Assembly: GCA_013265495.1 (NCBI GenBank)
Contig: MU060007.1
Coordinates: forward strand, 19,240,913-19,304,912
Direction: 5' to 3'
DNA length: 64,000 bases
Source: Vicugna vicugna
Lineage: Eukaryota
The translations under genes and the position numbers were made by a program. Below the pieces are notes generated by a model. That model saw only the letters and a program-made list of their open reading frames with translations, had not been told where the DNA came from and ran no database searches. Below, piece by piece: positions 10,901 through 24,544 of the stretch (position 1 is the first letter of the stretch; each line of letters starts with the position of its first letter).

Positions 10901-13900
10901 CAACGTTCTAAAATCAGACATCTGTGAAAACATCTTGCAAATTATAAAGCACTATGCAAGTACAAAATAATGCCGTCGTAACTCAGGTGCAGGTCTTTCC
11001 CCCACTGGACTCTCTCAGGGCAGGTTCCACACTGCCCTTATGTTTGCCTCCATCACAGGCAGCATTTTGCATGCAGGTGGTGCCCATTATGTTATGTGCA
11101 ATGAAGGATGAATGGCAGGGATTCTCTGTCTCAAGCCCTAATAGCCAAGTTGGTTTCCTAGCTACAACAGCAAGATCAGCCTGAACAAAAACATCGTGAG
11201 GAGGTCCCACGGTCTTCGTGCTTCCCTGATGGCCAAATTCTCTACCTTCCCATTGCTGCTGCGATTCTTCCTACTTAAGCCTCCCTCCTTCTGGGAATCC
11301 ACCTTGTGCTCATTAAATGGAGACATCAACTGTGCTGATACAAGTAGGTAAACAGTGTTTTGAAGTCAACTCCTTGGCATATAAACATGAGACGACTTTC
11401 TTTTTTTCCCGGAACAACTGCCCACCAGATTGGCTTTGTTGAGCCTTTTCCCCTACTAGTTGGTGGCTCTTTAAGGATATCTTTCCCAGGTTTTATAATT
11501 TTCCTATCATTTTCAATATTAACCTTGCATCAGTCTCCTTTGAGTCTTTTACTTTGTTCACTGTTTATACACCCAGAACAATCCTGGCATATAGTAGTGA
11601 TCAGTAAATATTTGTGGAATGAATGAATGTCTTTAAGTATTTGACATTCGGTCTTCTTCATTTTAAAACTGAAGTGTCAGACTCAACGCAGGTTCATTCT
11701 TCCTCTCTGCCTGTACTGGCCAGGCCTGTCTGGGGGAAAGGGAAGAAGTATGCTGTTCCCACACCTCCTCTTACTCTCACAAGCTCTTTCTTTCAGGGGT
11801 AGGGGCCAGGAGAAGAAATGGGAGAGGCAGTTTTCCCTAGGGGACTGCTCTAGTAAGGCTGACATCTTCTCCTAGGCTGACTGCTGCTATCTTTCTCCAG
11901 CACCACTGTGTTCACAGGGTAGTCATCCATGTGCTGCCTGTCTCCTAAGCCAATCCCATGTGTTCTTCAGAGCAAACAGCTGGGGTCTTCTCAGTGCATG
12001 GTTTCTGAGGAGGAGATTCAGCTGTAATGTAAACTTTTTCCTCAACCCCTCCTTCAGCTCTCACCCTGGAGGTCCACCACCCCTGGTAATCTCTTTCTGC
12101 CACGTAGGCTGCTCTCCTTGGTAGCACACCAGCAAGCTAAACTATGGTTTGCTGGTTCACTCAGTCTGAAAACAATTCACATATCTTGCCATGCTAAGCA
12201 GTAGGAGTACAGGCTGCTTGGTCTTTACCTCCTCTTTTGTCCCACAGTCACTCTCTAATTCTCTTTCTCCACTTCAGCTGCTTACACAGTTGCCCATCAG
12301 GGTAATGAAAAGGCAGCCCCTCCAATCTGACTGGTGATTCTCTGGACACCTTCTTGAATTGGCTTCAAGGGAAGCCAAAGCCCCCACCTTATTACCACAA
12401 TGTGAAAATAAAAGAGAGCTTCTCTCCAGGAACACTATGCTTCCTACAAGTGACCAGCTCTCTCTACCAGTCCTCTTGCTATCATGATCAGGTGGGAAAG
12501 AGGAGGAGTTGGATTAATGACGCTGACTCTGGGGCATCCTTTTAGGCTGGGAGCACAGCTCTACATGCTGACAGCCCTCACAACTTTGCCAACTGGGTTC
12601 TTGATGGTTTGGTATCCACTTTTGGCCTTAGCCACAATTCTGGGACCTTTTAAATTCTTCAGAATGTAAAGCTGATGTAATTACTGACGGTAGAGGGGAA
12701 GGTTGAGAAACAGCCATCCCCACCTTCATAAACATGCCTGCTACTTCAACTCGAAATAAAGATTCTGTCTGTAAATTCTAAGACTGTTTTAGGATTGTGC
12801 TTCCAACCTAGTCTACTTTTGGCCATGAGGCCTACCTTCTTGTACCAGGGAGTTACAATCCAGGAAGACTGTGGGAGTGGCAATGAATAGGAGTGGATAA
12901 AACTGAAGCTTGACAACTAAGGTCCCCGACTACTGAGATGGACTTGGAGGACTAAAACACTGGAGTTTCTTGGAGAAAGACTACGTGGAGTCTGAATCAT
13001 GAGTCCTAGCAACCCAGTGTCTTAGCAAAATAAAGTCCAGTAACCATTTGAAACTTTTGGTAAGAACTACTGGAAATTCTTTAAATGTGAATAACTGTCA
13101 TTTTTTTCATTGTCTTTCCTATTCTCCTTCCAATCAGAAACACCTTGAACAATGTTTAATAGCTGTTTTCTGATAGAACATTTCTTTCTCACAAAAAGCC
13201 TCTGCCACAGGAAATCAGTGAATAATCTGTAAATGCTCTCAAATGATAAAAGGGATGGAAATGGTAAAGTAATTGCGTGTCTTGCACCTGCCTCCTGAAA
13301 TTCATTAGCAGCTTATGGTACTCTGAAATCCTCTTTGAGGACATTCAAAACAATCACACGATTGTTCTGCCTCATCCTGTGTTTTATGATTGATTCCAGC
13401 ACTTAAGTGGCACAGACACTGAGAAAGGTTTTAGATACACAGCCTGTTTTCAGACACAGAAGAGATCTCCTCCTACCATTAATGCGGAATTCTCACCACT
13501 TCTCAGAGGCACCTGTTTTTGCTTCATGGAGCCAAACCAGCTTGAAACTAGCAAATGAAGTAACGCAGGAGGCAAAGGGAAGTCTGAAAACTGATTGTAC
13601 TTTCAAAGTAACTTCACAAGCAGAAATGTCGAATCAGTATCTCCTTCAGTGCTCTAATTTATTTATTAGAAACACTTCATATCCTTACACAGAAATACTG
13701 AACATAGGTTTAGGTGCACAAAGAGGAGAATCTTTCTCCTTTCCATATCTCACTCAACTGACATTCCTCAGATATTGCACATATGGACTATCCGCCCCGG
13801 CTCCTCGATGCCTTCCTTTCCTTAGTGCTCTTCTGGTAGGCTTCTGCGGTGGGCTTCACCCCATTTATTCCCCACAGTCATGCTGCAAGGTTTTCAGGGC

Positions 13901-13999
13901 AACGTTCTCACTGACGAGGAGTATCACTTCTCCACTTACCGCCCCCATGCCCTTCCTATTACAGCTGTTCATGAATAACTGTCTCTAGAAGAGGAAATG

Positions 14000-14135
14000 C
14001 TAATCACTGTGACCCTTCACTGAGCATCTACTGTGTGGGGCTGTGATACACTATCAACATTTCTTCACAACAATATAGAAAAAAAGTATACGTTTAGCCC
14101 ACTTGATAGGGGAAACGGAGGCTCAGAGAGACTGT
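14000..14135. mobile_element. MIR SINE fragment
   Basis: CACTGAGCATCTACTGTGTG..GGGGAAACGGAGGCTCAGAGAG. Confidence 0.7.
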
Positions 14136-15529
14136 GACTGGCCAAAGACCACCTATCTCTTTCGGGAAGGTTATGTCTCAACAAAAATGGTCAAAATGCC
14201 ATAAACTGGGCCCTGCTAAGACTTCGAGGGACACCTCTCTGAGGGGTGAGACTAGATTATTTATTTCAAGAGTTCGAGCAAATCTGGTCAATTCATCAGA
14301 AGTTGGTTTTCAACCACAGCATCCCAGGTGCAGAGAGGGATAAGGAGCAACTACATGACGACATTGTCCTGCCCTCAGGAATAGACATTTCACTGACCAG
14401 ACAAGACGAGCCCAGGATAAAGATGATCAGATACCACAGGTACAAAACAGCAGAGTCGTGAAGTGCAAAGCTGTGCTGCAGACAAAGAGTGTTAACAATG
14501 CCAGAGCCATGGCTTCAATTTCAGGAAGACGGAACTGAGATGGGTCTGCAAAACGCATTGTGATTTCAACAAAGGGGGAGGAGGGCAAAAGGATTCTCAG
14601 ACCCAATGTCAGTCAGTTCCTACGTAATCAAATCCTGCCTTCCCCCCATTTTTTGCCCAAAGGAGAAACCTCACCTTGCTGTCATGCAGCGCTAGGGCAC
14701 AGGATTCCTACAGAATGTGAGCCTGAGAAGTGGATGCAGGCTGCGCTCACTCGCAGCTCCCCAACCCAAAAAGCCAGCCACACCTGGGGACTCCCTTGGG
14801 CTACTGCTTATTGAGCTCAGCTCCAATTAACTGACTTGAAATTCAGTGTTAAGTTGCTCTCAGTTCTACCTGGCACAAGCTTCATTTGCAAGCTATATCT
14901 GCCTTTCTCAATCAAAACAGAAAATAGGCAGATATCAGGCTGCTTAACTATTCAAAGCCCCTGTGCAACCCAGCACCACTCATCTTGCCATCAGAAAAGT
15001 GAAACCACTCTTTTTTACCCCTGAGAACCACACTTTTGTCACTATCTCCCCCCGACCAGGCTCCTTTGAGGCAGCTGTTTTTATATGAGGCTTTCAAATG
15101 CTCAGGGAGAGTACATTTATTAACTATTCTAGCATTTTCTGAACTTATAAATTTTATAGAAGTATTGCCCTTATGTGCCTCATATATTTAAAATAATTTT
15201 TTTTTGAATTACAATACTATTAAAAAATGTTCATCTTATTCCCTGGTATGCAGTAAGTACCAAATCACCATTAATCAATCTTCTTGTCTCTCTCTCAAAA
15301 TCAACAGATGAAGAAACAAGCTCAAAGAGATTAAGAATCTTACCAAAGTCCCAGATCTGAAAGTATGGGTCCTATGAGATGAACTTAGGATGGTGGGAAG
15401 CCTAAGCTCCTGTTCTTTCTACTGCACAAAACTGCTTCCAAAAATATAACCAGAAGTTTAGCTTATCTGGGATATATGATTCAGATAGGCTCTCTCTCAT
15501 TCTCATTCCCTCTCTCTCCCTATTTTGAT

Positions 15530-18500
15530 TAAATTCATTGAACTATAGGTTGCATACAATAAAACTGAGTCATATTAGGTGTACAGTCTTACAGGTTTGG
15601 CAAATTTGTACAGTTATAGAACCAACACCACAATCAAAATATAGCACTTAAATTGACACAACATTGTAAACTGACCATACTTCAATAAAAAAAAATATAT
15701 ACAAAAAATATACATAGCACTTGCCATCACCCCAGAGTCTCTCCTGCCCCTTTTTAGTTAATCCCCTCCCTGCACCCTTAGACCTTGGGATTTGATTTCT
15801 CTTACTATGGTTTTGTCTTTTACAGAATGTCATATAAATGAAGTCATATTGAATAAAGCCTTTTTAAAAAATTGAGCTTTAATTCATACACTGTAAAATT
15901 TACCCCCTTTAAAGTACAATTCAGTGGTGGTTAGTACATCTGCAAAGTTGTGCAACTATCACAACTAACTCTAGAACACTTTCCTCAGTCAAAAAATCCA
16001 ACCAACACCACACTCGTGCCTCTCCCCACAGCACCTAAAAACCACCAATCTACTTTTTATCACCATGGATTTGCCTATTCTGGACATTTCTCATAAATGG
16101 AATTACACAATATGTGGCCTTTTGTGTCTGGTTTCACATGTTTTCAGGGTTCACCCATCTTGTATCCTGTATCAGAACTTTGTTCCTTCTCATGGCCGAA
16201 TGACATTCTATTGTGTGGATAGTCCTTATTTCATTTATCCATTCATGAGTTGATGAATTCGGGATTTTTTTCTTACTTTCTGGCTGTTATGAATAACGCT
16301 GCTATGAACATTCATGTAAAAATTTTGATGTGAACATATGTTTTAAATTATTTGGGGCCTATACCTTCAAGTGGACTTTCTACCTCATCTGGTAACTCTG
16401 TGCTTACCTTCTTGAGTGACTGCCAAACTATCAAAGTGGCCATTCCCTTCCTCTATATCTCAGTTAGGTTGTCTTTTTTATAGCCTTTTTTCTGACTTAT
16501 TCCACATAGTACAATGCTTTGGAAAGTCATTCATGTTGTTGTATCCCTGTTTATTGTTGAGCAGTATTTCATTGGATGGATATACACTATTTGATGAAAA
16601 TTTGGGTTGTTTCCACTTTGGGGCAATTTTGAATAAAGCTACTGTAAAAATTCTTCTACAAGTTTTTGTTTGGACATACATTTTCATTATACTTGGGTAC
16701 AGAAGTAAGATTATTGCATCATATAGTAGTATATGTTGATCTTTATAAGAAACAAACTGGTTTTCAAAATAGCTGTACCATTTTGCACCAGAAATGTCTG
16801 AATGTACAGTATAACTCATATACAGTTTCACAGCTCCATGCCAGCACTCAGCATTTTTAATCTTGAATTTTAGCCATTCTGGTACATACATAGTAGTATC
16901 TCATTGCGGTTTTACATGCCATATTTAATTTGCAACGTATAGTGATATTGGCCTTTCCTTTTTCATTTTTTCAAACTTTGGGGGGGTTTCTATTTGTTGT
17001 TTTAAATTAAGAGGCTTTTCTAAAAGATCAGTTTTATGTTTATAGAAGAAAGTACAGAGAGTTTCCATATACCCTACTCACCATCCTAGTTTCCCCTATT
17101 ATAAATATCTTGTATTAGTGTGGCATACTTATTACAACTGATGAGACAATATTGGTACATTATTATTAACTACAGCCCATAGGTTGTATTACGTTCATTG
17201 TTTGTGGTTTACATATGGATTCTGACAAATGTATAATGACATATCCACCATACAATATCATACAGAATAGTCTCCCTGCCCTAAAAATCTCTGGGTTCCA
17301 CTTACTCATCCCTCCCTTCCACTTTCTAAACCCCTGGCAAACACAATTTTTTTTTTTTAACTGTCTCTATAGTTTTGCTTTATCCAGCATGTCATACAGT
17401 TGGAAGTATGTAGTATGTAGACTTTTCAGATTGATTTATTTAGCCATATTCTCTTAAGGTTCCTCCATGTGTTTTCATGGCTTGATAATTCATTACTTTT
17501 TATTGCTAAGTCATATTCCATGTATAGATGGACCATATTTTGTTTATCCACTGACCTATTAAAGAACTTCTTGGTTGTTTCCAAAATTTGGCAGTTATTA
17601 ATAAAACTGCTATAAACATTTACGTGCAGATTTTTGTGTGGACTTAAGTTTTCCACTCACTTAAGACCAAGAAATACAAATGCTAGATTATGTGGTAAGA
17701 ATATATTCATTTTGGAAGAAAATGTTATCATATCCCCCAAAATGGCTGTACTATTTCACATTCCTACCAGCTGAGAATCTGAATTCCTGTTGTCCAATAT
17801 CCTCACCAGCATTTGTTACTAGTTTGAGGATTTTAGCCACTCTAATAGGTTTATAAAGGTATCTCATTGTTATTTTAATTTAAAGTCCCCTAATGATACA
17901 TGATGTTGAACATCTTTTCATATGCTTATTTGCCACCTGTTTATCTTTTTTGGTGAGATATCTGTTCAGACCTTTTTCTCATTTTTAATTGGGTTGTTTT
18001 CTTATTGTTAAGCTTTAAGTTTTCTTTGTATATTTTAGATACCACTCAGATATGTGTTTTGCATGCATCTCCAATCTGTGGCTTGTCTTTTTATTCTTCC
18101 ATAATCAATGTTTTAGCAGAGCAAAATTTTTTAATTTAATAAAATTCAATTTCAAAAAACAATTTTTCTTGAACAGATTGTGCTTTTGGTGTTGTGACTA
18201 AAAAGTCCTTACTAAACTTGTGGTGACCTGGATTTTCTACTATGATTATCTTCTATGAGTTTTAAGTTTTAAGTTTTGCATTTTACATTTAGATCTATGA
18301 TCAATTTTGAGTTAACTTTTTGTGAAAGGTATAAGGGATGTGTTTGCATGTAAATGTCCAGTTGTTGAAAAGACTATTCTTTCCCTGTTGAATTGCCTTT
18401 GCTCCTTCGTCAAAGATAAGTTGACTTTGTATAGGTATTTCTGGGTTCTCTATTGATCTATTTGTCTATTCTTTTACCAATAACACAATGTCTTGATTAC

Positions 18501-19010
18501 TGCAGCTTTAAAGAAGTCTTGAAATCAGGTAATATTAGTCTTTGGACTCTGTTCTCCTTCAATACACTGTGTGGTCGTTTGCCTTCCCATGTAAACATTA
18601 GAATTGGTTTAATGATGTTCACAAAATAACTTGCTGAGATTTTGATTGATATTTGAATAAATGTACAGATCAACTTGAAAAGAACAGACATCTTGATAAT
18701 ATTGAATCTTCCTATCGATATACATGGAATATCTCTTTATTCAGATTGATAGAGAGTTACAAAATAGTCTCTCTACTTCAGATCTTCTTGATTTCTTCAT
18801 CAGAGTTTTATTGTTTTTCTCACAAAGAACTTACATGTATTTTGTTAGCTTAATACTTCGGGGGTTTTTTCATTGTTACTAATGCAAATGACATTGTATT
18901 TTTAATTTCAAATTCCCATTGTTTATTGATGTCTATAAGGAACCAACTGATTTTTTGTATATTAATATCCTGCAACTTTGCTGTAATGACTTGTTAGTTT
19001 CAGGAGTTCT
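15530..19010 (-). mobile_element. Composite of old L1 3' UTR/ORF2 fragments (L1MB/L1MC-like)
   Basis: Antisense L1 hallmarks: TGGACATTTCTCATAAATGGAA, GAATAACGCTGCTATGAACATTC, AGAAAGTACAGAGAGTTTCCATATACCC, GATGTTGAACATCTTTTCATATGCTTATTTGCCA, GAAAAGACTATTCTTTCCC. Confidence 0.85.
15650..15713 (+). mobile_element. Very short young L1 3' end plus A-rich tail nested in older L1
   Basis: AATTGACACAACATTGTAAACTGACCATACTTCAATAAAAAAAAA; exact 9-bp repeat ATAGCACTT at 15641-15649 and 15714-15722. Confidence 0.8.
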
Positions 19011-19034
19011 TTGCTTATTATATATATACATCTT

Positions 19035-20470
19035 GACAGCACCCCAATCTCACAGGTACCATCTCTAATTTGGCACTTTGTGCTTTCAAGAAGGCAATTC
19101 CAATAACAAATTCTGGGCTACGTAATATGTGGTAGGAATAAGATCATATGGTCATATGCCCCTTGTCATAGTCTCCTGCATGAAATGGCTCTCCAGATCT
19201 GAGGCAATGTCAATAAATCAAATATTCTGTGTGTCTTTGACTAGTAGGTGGGAAAGGCAACCTCATAACTGAAAATCAGGTATATCTTGGTCAGGACAAT
19301 TCATGGCCTTTCCAGGGCAGAAGCGGTCTCATATAATCCACTTGTTATCAAGTAGCTGGTTAGTCTCATTGAGTTGTGAAGCCATATCATGGGCTCAGAA
19401 TTTCTCTCAGCTATCAAGAGACTGGACATTCATCAATAACAGTAACTAGATCACTCTTGGTGCAAGGTGTCCATGCTCGGGGGTCAATGTGTAGTCTCCA
19501 TTTCTTTACCAGGGCTGTCCCTTCCACAGGCCCACTGTGCATGCTCTAGAATGGTAGAGTGCAAGGACTGGCTGCAATCCACTGGATGTGTCACTCTTCT
19601 CACACAAGCGTTCAGCATTTTTTCTGAAGGGAATGCTCTCTAGTGATAAACTTAATGTCCAAAGATCCTCAGCCTTTTGAGGGCCCATTCCCATATGTCT
19701 GATTACATGCCTCTTCCCCAGACTTCCTTATCTTCAATCTTACAATCTCCTTCCCTCCTGATGAGTGTTAAAATATAAACATTAGCTAGATCAATAGCCA
19801 TATACCATATATGTGAGGCTGTGTTGAATTTTTCTATTAAAGATACTACACTTAGCTCAGCAGCTGTGATCAGTACTATCACTGAGTTGTTTGTAATGCT
19901 CTGCTGTCATCTGTTTTTGTAGGGGAAAGACTGGTGACTTGAATGAGGATGTACGAGCGTGACTAGCACTGTATCATTTATGTCTTTGAGAGTGCAGTAA
20001 TCCCTGCCATTCCACTGAGGATGCAGTATTGTTTTTTGGTGGTGGTGGTCGTGGTGGTGGTGGTGGTTGTTTTTAACTTACAATCTTGGCCAGGAAGGGA
20101 AACATTTTCAGGGGTTTCCAGTAAAGACCTTAGTTTTTCCTACTCTCCTGCACAGGTCAAACAATAAAGGTGGTCTCTTCCACTTGCTAAGTAGGTTCAT
20201 CCTGACTATGAATTTGGGAAACAGAACTGCCAGGTGGATCTACAGATTCAATGGGCCCACTGTTAGACAGATCTAGGTAAAGATTCGACTTAACATCCCC
20301 CATTTGTCTCTGCCTCATTGCAGTTACTGGGTTTAGTGGACCACCTCCAACTACCACAGTGTATGTTTATGAAAGGAGAGACAGTTTTATGCTATGAACT
20401 CTTAATGCTATCATGACTGAAAGTTTTGAGGTGCCAATGCTTTGGTCTTTATAATAGATCCTTTTATCCA
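19035..20470 (-). mobile_element. ERVL internal fragment (pro/pol remnants, frameshifted, with stops)
   Basis: Minus-strand translation gives LTVGPLNL (protease), KQYCILSG and INTASHIWYMAIDLANV (RT N-term), KEVWGRGM (RNase H end), then integrase-like DECPV and QVDY..PWKG segments, colinear with ERVL Pol. Confidence 0.85.
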
Positions 20471-21616
20471 TCAAAGATTGGCAGTTACCACATACACATA
20501 TCTGACTGTGTTGAAGTTTCTTTTTTTTTTTTTTTTACTTATTTCCCCTATGAATTATCAGTTCCTTGACACTGTCCTCTATGTTGTTTGATGTTTCTAC
20601 AAAGCCTAAATACTAATAATTGGTCAGTAAATGTCTGCTAAAGGAACCACATTCTTTATAGGTTTTCTATACTTATGACTCTGTAAATGACTCACAGTAA
20701 TTTTTCAATAATAGTAAGTGGAAGTAATTTTAAAATACACATATGGGATCTGACATTCCATAACTGTCAGATATTAGCCCCCAAATTTGGATATAATGTG
20801 ATTTGTCTATGCACCATTAAAACACAGTGCTCTCAGACACAAAGTATTGGCTCAGCCTGTCACCACATGTTGGCTCCAATCTCTTACCAGAGCCTGCTTT
20901 TCAGCAAAGGGCACAAGACACGACCATCAGTTGCACCCAAATTGTATAGTTTATAACCTCCACCAACTGATGGGAGCTGACCCAAGTATACTCTCAAGTT
21001 GAAGAAATCTTGACGAGGTCTCTGGTTTACCAGTTTCAGGTGGGTGAACTAAGGCAGGTACTTTAACCTCTCAAGCCTCAGGGCTCTGAGGGCAGAAGGG
21101 TAGACTCATGTCAAAATATGGAAGCTCCTTCTGAACCACTAACTGGAGTATGAAGAAGAGGCATTTCTAGAAGTGACCATCCTGAGGTGACTAAATAACA
21201 GGTGTCCACCATCTTCAGTAATAAATGAACAAAAGAAAATACTTGTGTTCATTTACCTTAACAAAAATCAAGTAGCTTGAAAATGTTAAGTCAGCACCTT
21301 TGGGATACTGTATTATTCTACTTTCACATATTAAAAATTTCACATTTTCATAAACTACTTTTAATAAAGGAATTAAAATACTTTAAAAAAATATCTTTAG
21401 GTAACAGAGTCCCTGGCTCACTGACAATCCAAGGCAGCTGCCTCTTCATACACTCAGCCATTGCAGTAGTTACAGCTTTTTGACAGCAGAATCAGGGCAA
21501 GATAAATTGACTTTAACATTTTTGTTAAAAATGAAAAGCCCCACAAACCTGGCCCATCAGTTTCAACTGGCAAGAATATAAATAGCAGATTCACTTTACA
21601 TGCATAAAGCCAAAGG

Positions 21617-21745
21617 NNNNNNNNNNNNNNNNNNNNNNNNNNNNNNNNNNNNNNNNNNNNNNNNNNNNNNNNNNNNNNNNNNNNNNNNNNNNNNNNNNNN
21701 NNNNNNNNNNNNNNNNNNNNNNNNNNNNNNNNNNNNNNNNNNNNN
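21617..21745. other. N-run, 129 nt
   Basis: Direct reading. Confidence 0.99.
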
Positions 21746-23084
21746 TTCCTGTTAGTCTTTCTTAATCTCATTTTTTTTTCTTCTCAAGTATGAATTTGAT
21801 GTCTTACACTGTTTGGAAGGAGAAAATGCTGTTTGTCTTTTATCAAAATCTAAACAGCTGCAATCCAACAATGTTCATTCAATTTTAATAGTAAGTAAAT
21901 AAATGTGAGCAATGACCGTATTATGGAAACATGTGGATCTAAGGTTCAAATTCAATGAATTTTACTTCCAATCTAGTTTCACAAGGTTTCAGATTTTCCT
22001 AAACTCTCTTCAGGTTTCTAAACTTTCTAGATAAGTATGGATAGCATATTCTGTAGAAATAGTCTCCCAACTCACTCCCAATCTCTAGTTCTAAGCCTGT
22101 TTAGATCTGAATTTTGTTTTCTCTTGAAAGTTCAAAATAATTTACTTTGAGAGCAATCATGAGTGATCTGAAGATACGCCGGCTTGAAAACCATGGAGCA
22201 ATTAAAGACATCATTATGCTTTCTAGATCAGGTGTAAAATGGACAGGAAAAACATGTGTATTTCTCTATAATCCCACCATGTGACTCACTGTTAACCCCA
22301 GTAATTGTGTACTTAGAGCTTGCTTCACTCATTAGCTAGCCATTTCCATGTATTTGTACTTTAGATCAAACTTCGGGGGCATGTCAGAGTTTTAGAGGAT
22401 CGAGGTGATTAAGGCTATCAGTCAACAATATTTACTATGAACCCACTGTGTGTTCACGTCCTTCAAAAAGGAAAGGTGGTCTGCCCTTGGATACTTGAAG
22501 GGTGGTTGCAATAAATCATATGGTGAGACAGCTTAAATTAAATAATGGTCTTAAGAACCAAGCTAACATTTAACTCTATTGAAAGACTAATTTGAAAATT
22601 AAAGTTCTATTTTTCTGTTGAAGCATATGTAAATATAGAACTAATCTGGAAAGACCCCTATGCTAATATAAAATGTGCTCTGAATAAATAAATTATTTTC
22701 TTCCAGCTAAGAGTATTTTGTTCAAAGGATTTTCTAAGGTTGTCTAAGACAGCTATATAATAACTACTGGGTCATTAATTTCTTATTAATTTCCTAGAAC
22801 ATTCCCTTTGGCAGCTGACCTAAACTTTCTTTACTTTTCTCAAGGCCAAAGTCTGTTACTACGCCTCTGTTCTCAGGAGGTCAGAAGGGCATAGAACTTT
22901 TTCTTTTAGTTTATCAGTTGTTAGACCATGAGAAAGTGTATCAAGACATAATAGAGAGAATGGTATACCACCCAGAGATTGTGAACTTCAAGGTAGAGAC
23001 AGTAGCTGCATGAGATTTGAGGGGTTATCACCCCTGGGAGAGGCTAGTGCATAACATAGGTATGGGAGTACTTCTGTTTACAGT

Positions 23085-24372
23085 CAGGGTGGACTAACAG
23101 GCTTACGTTTCTGCCTTGAACAACTAGAACACTGGACCAGCTTTCAAACATTGGACAATAGGCCACAGAAGAATATGATGACCATGATGCCTAGGAGGAG
23201 GGAAACAAAGAAAGTGGGCTCTAGGAGTGGCCCACATCACAACCTTGAGAACATTTCCAGACTGCAGAACATGGAGGAAGAACCTATTCAGAGCCTAGTG
23301 GTTTTCCTGTGTTGAGAAGATAAAGCTCAGAGTTCAGTAGGTGGCCAGGATTTGCAAGACAAAGTACCAGAGAGGAAAAACATGCACAGAGAAAGAAAGA
23401 GCTACAGAGATCGATGGAAGGTGAAGTTCAAGTCTATGCCTGAGGACTGACTGGTGCAGGATGTAAGGAAACTAAGTGGCAGTCACCAGAAATAAGCAGA
23501 TGAAGTAATCCTCACAGGTGACAGAAAGCTGAGACTAGCCAGTTTTTTTAATTCCCAGAGACTAAGGATCTTCTAACACACAGGACAAGGCATTGCCTCA
23601 GTAGTGAGGGATAATCAGTCCTGGAGTACAGACTGTCCTGGACCCAACGCAACAGAGCTCAAAACCAAGGATCAAACTGATTCCAAGTAACTTAACTTCA
23701 TCTCAGGACAAAACCCCCAAATATTTAACAAAATATTGAAAAAATGTTTGGAAGAGAGATAAAATACAGTACCAATGTAAAATTACAACAATTATAAATA
23801 CGTTTCTCATGTTCAAGAAGGTAGAAGAAAGTGTAAGCATGATGAGAAAGGAAATGATAGATGTAAAAAAAAGACGGAAATCAAACTTCTGCAGATGGAA
23901 AATACACTGAGATGAAGAGTTTACTGAATGGGGTTAACCAGAGATTAGACTTTCCAGAAGAAAGATCACTAAATGTGAACAAAGAACAATAGAAACTACT
24001 CTAAATGTAATACAGAGAGAAACAGTTAGCAGGATATCAATGAGCTGTGGGACAACATCAAGTGACTTCCTCAGAAGGAGAGAAGGGTAGAGGGGCAGGA
24101 AAAGTATTTGAAATTATAATGGCTGCTGATTTTCCAAATGTAATGTAATCTGTAGACCACAGATCCAAGAAGAGCAACAAAATCCAAGCAGAAGGAACAT
24201 TAAGAAAAGCACATGTAGGCACATCATAATCAATTGCTGAAAAACTGATGAAAAGGAAAAAATCTTAAAAGCAGCCACAGGAAAATAAGACACACTATGG
24301 AAGAACAAAAATAAGAATAAAAGCAGACTTCTAGTCAGAAACAGTGTAGTCCAGAAGACAGTAGAGCAACAT
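23085..24372 (+). mobile_element. Old L1 5' region and ORF1 remnant
   Basis: GAGCTGTGGGACAACATCAAG, GGAGAGAAGGGTAGAGGGGCAGGAAAAGTATTTGAA, AAAAAATCTTAAAAGCAGCC, GCAGACTTCTAGTCAGAAAC. Confidence 0.8.
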
Positions 24373-24399
24373 CCTTAGAAAGAAGAAGTCTCACAAAGT

Positions 24400-24507
24400 A
24401 AAAAGCCTTTTGCCTTGAGCCTTCCTTTCCATCTTAAAGAAGCCTGAGGATGGGATGTCTGCAACACTAACTGCCAACCTGACATCATGAGGCAATAGCT
24501 TGAGGAC

Positions 24508-24544
<37 letters not shown>

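Noticed and set aside
12128-12156. 10-bp hairpin ACCAGCAAGC..GTTTGCTGGT
   Set aside because: A stem of this size with a G-U pair is expected by chance in 64 kb and is too short for a pre-miRNA.
14246-14461. ORF/exon-like segment KLVFNHSIPGAERDKEQLHDD..
   Set aside because: It overlaps an L2-like remnant (GTCCTGCCCTCAGG); no homologue recognised.
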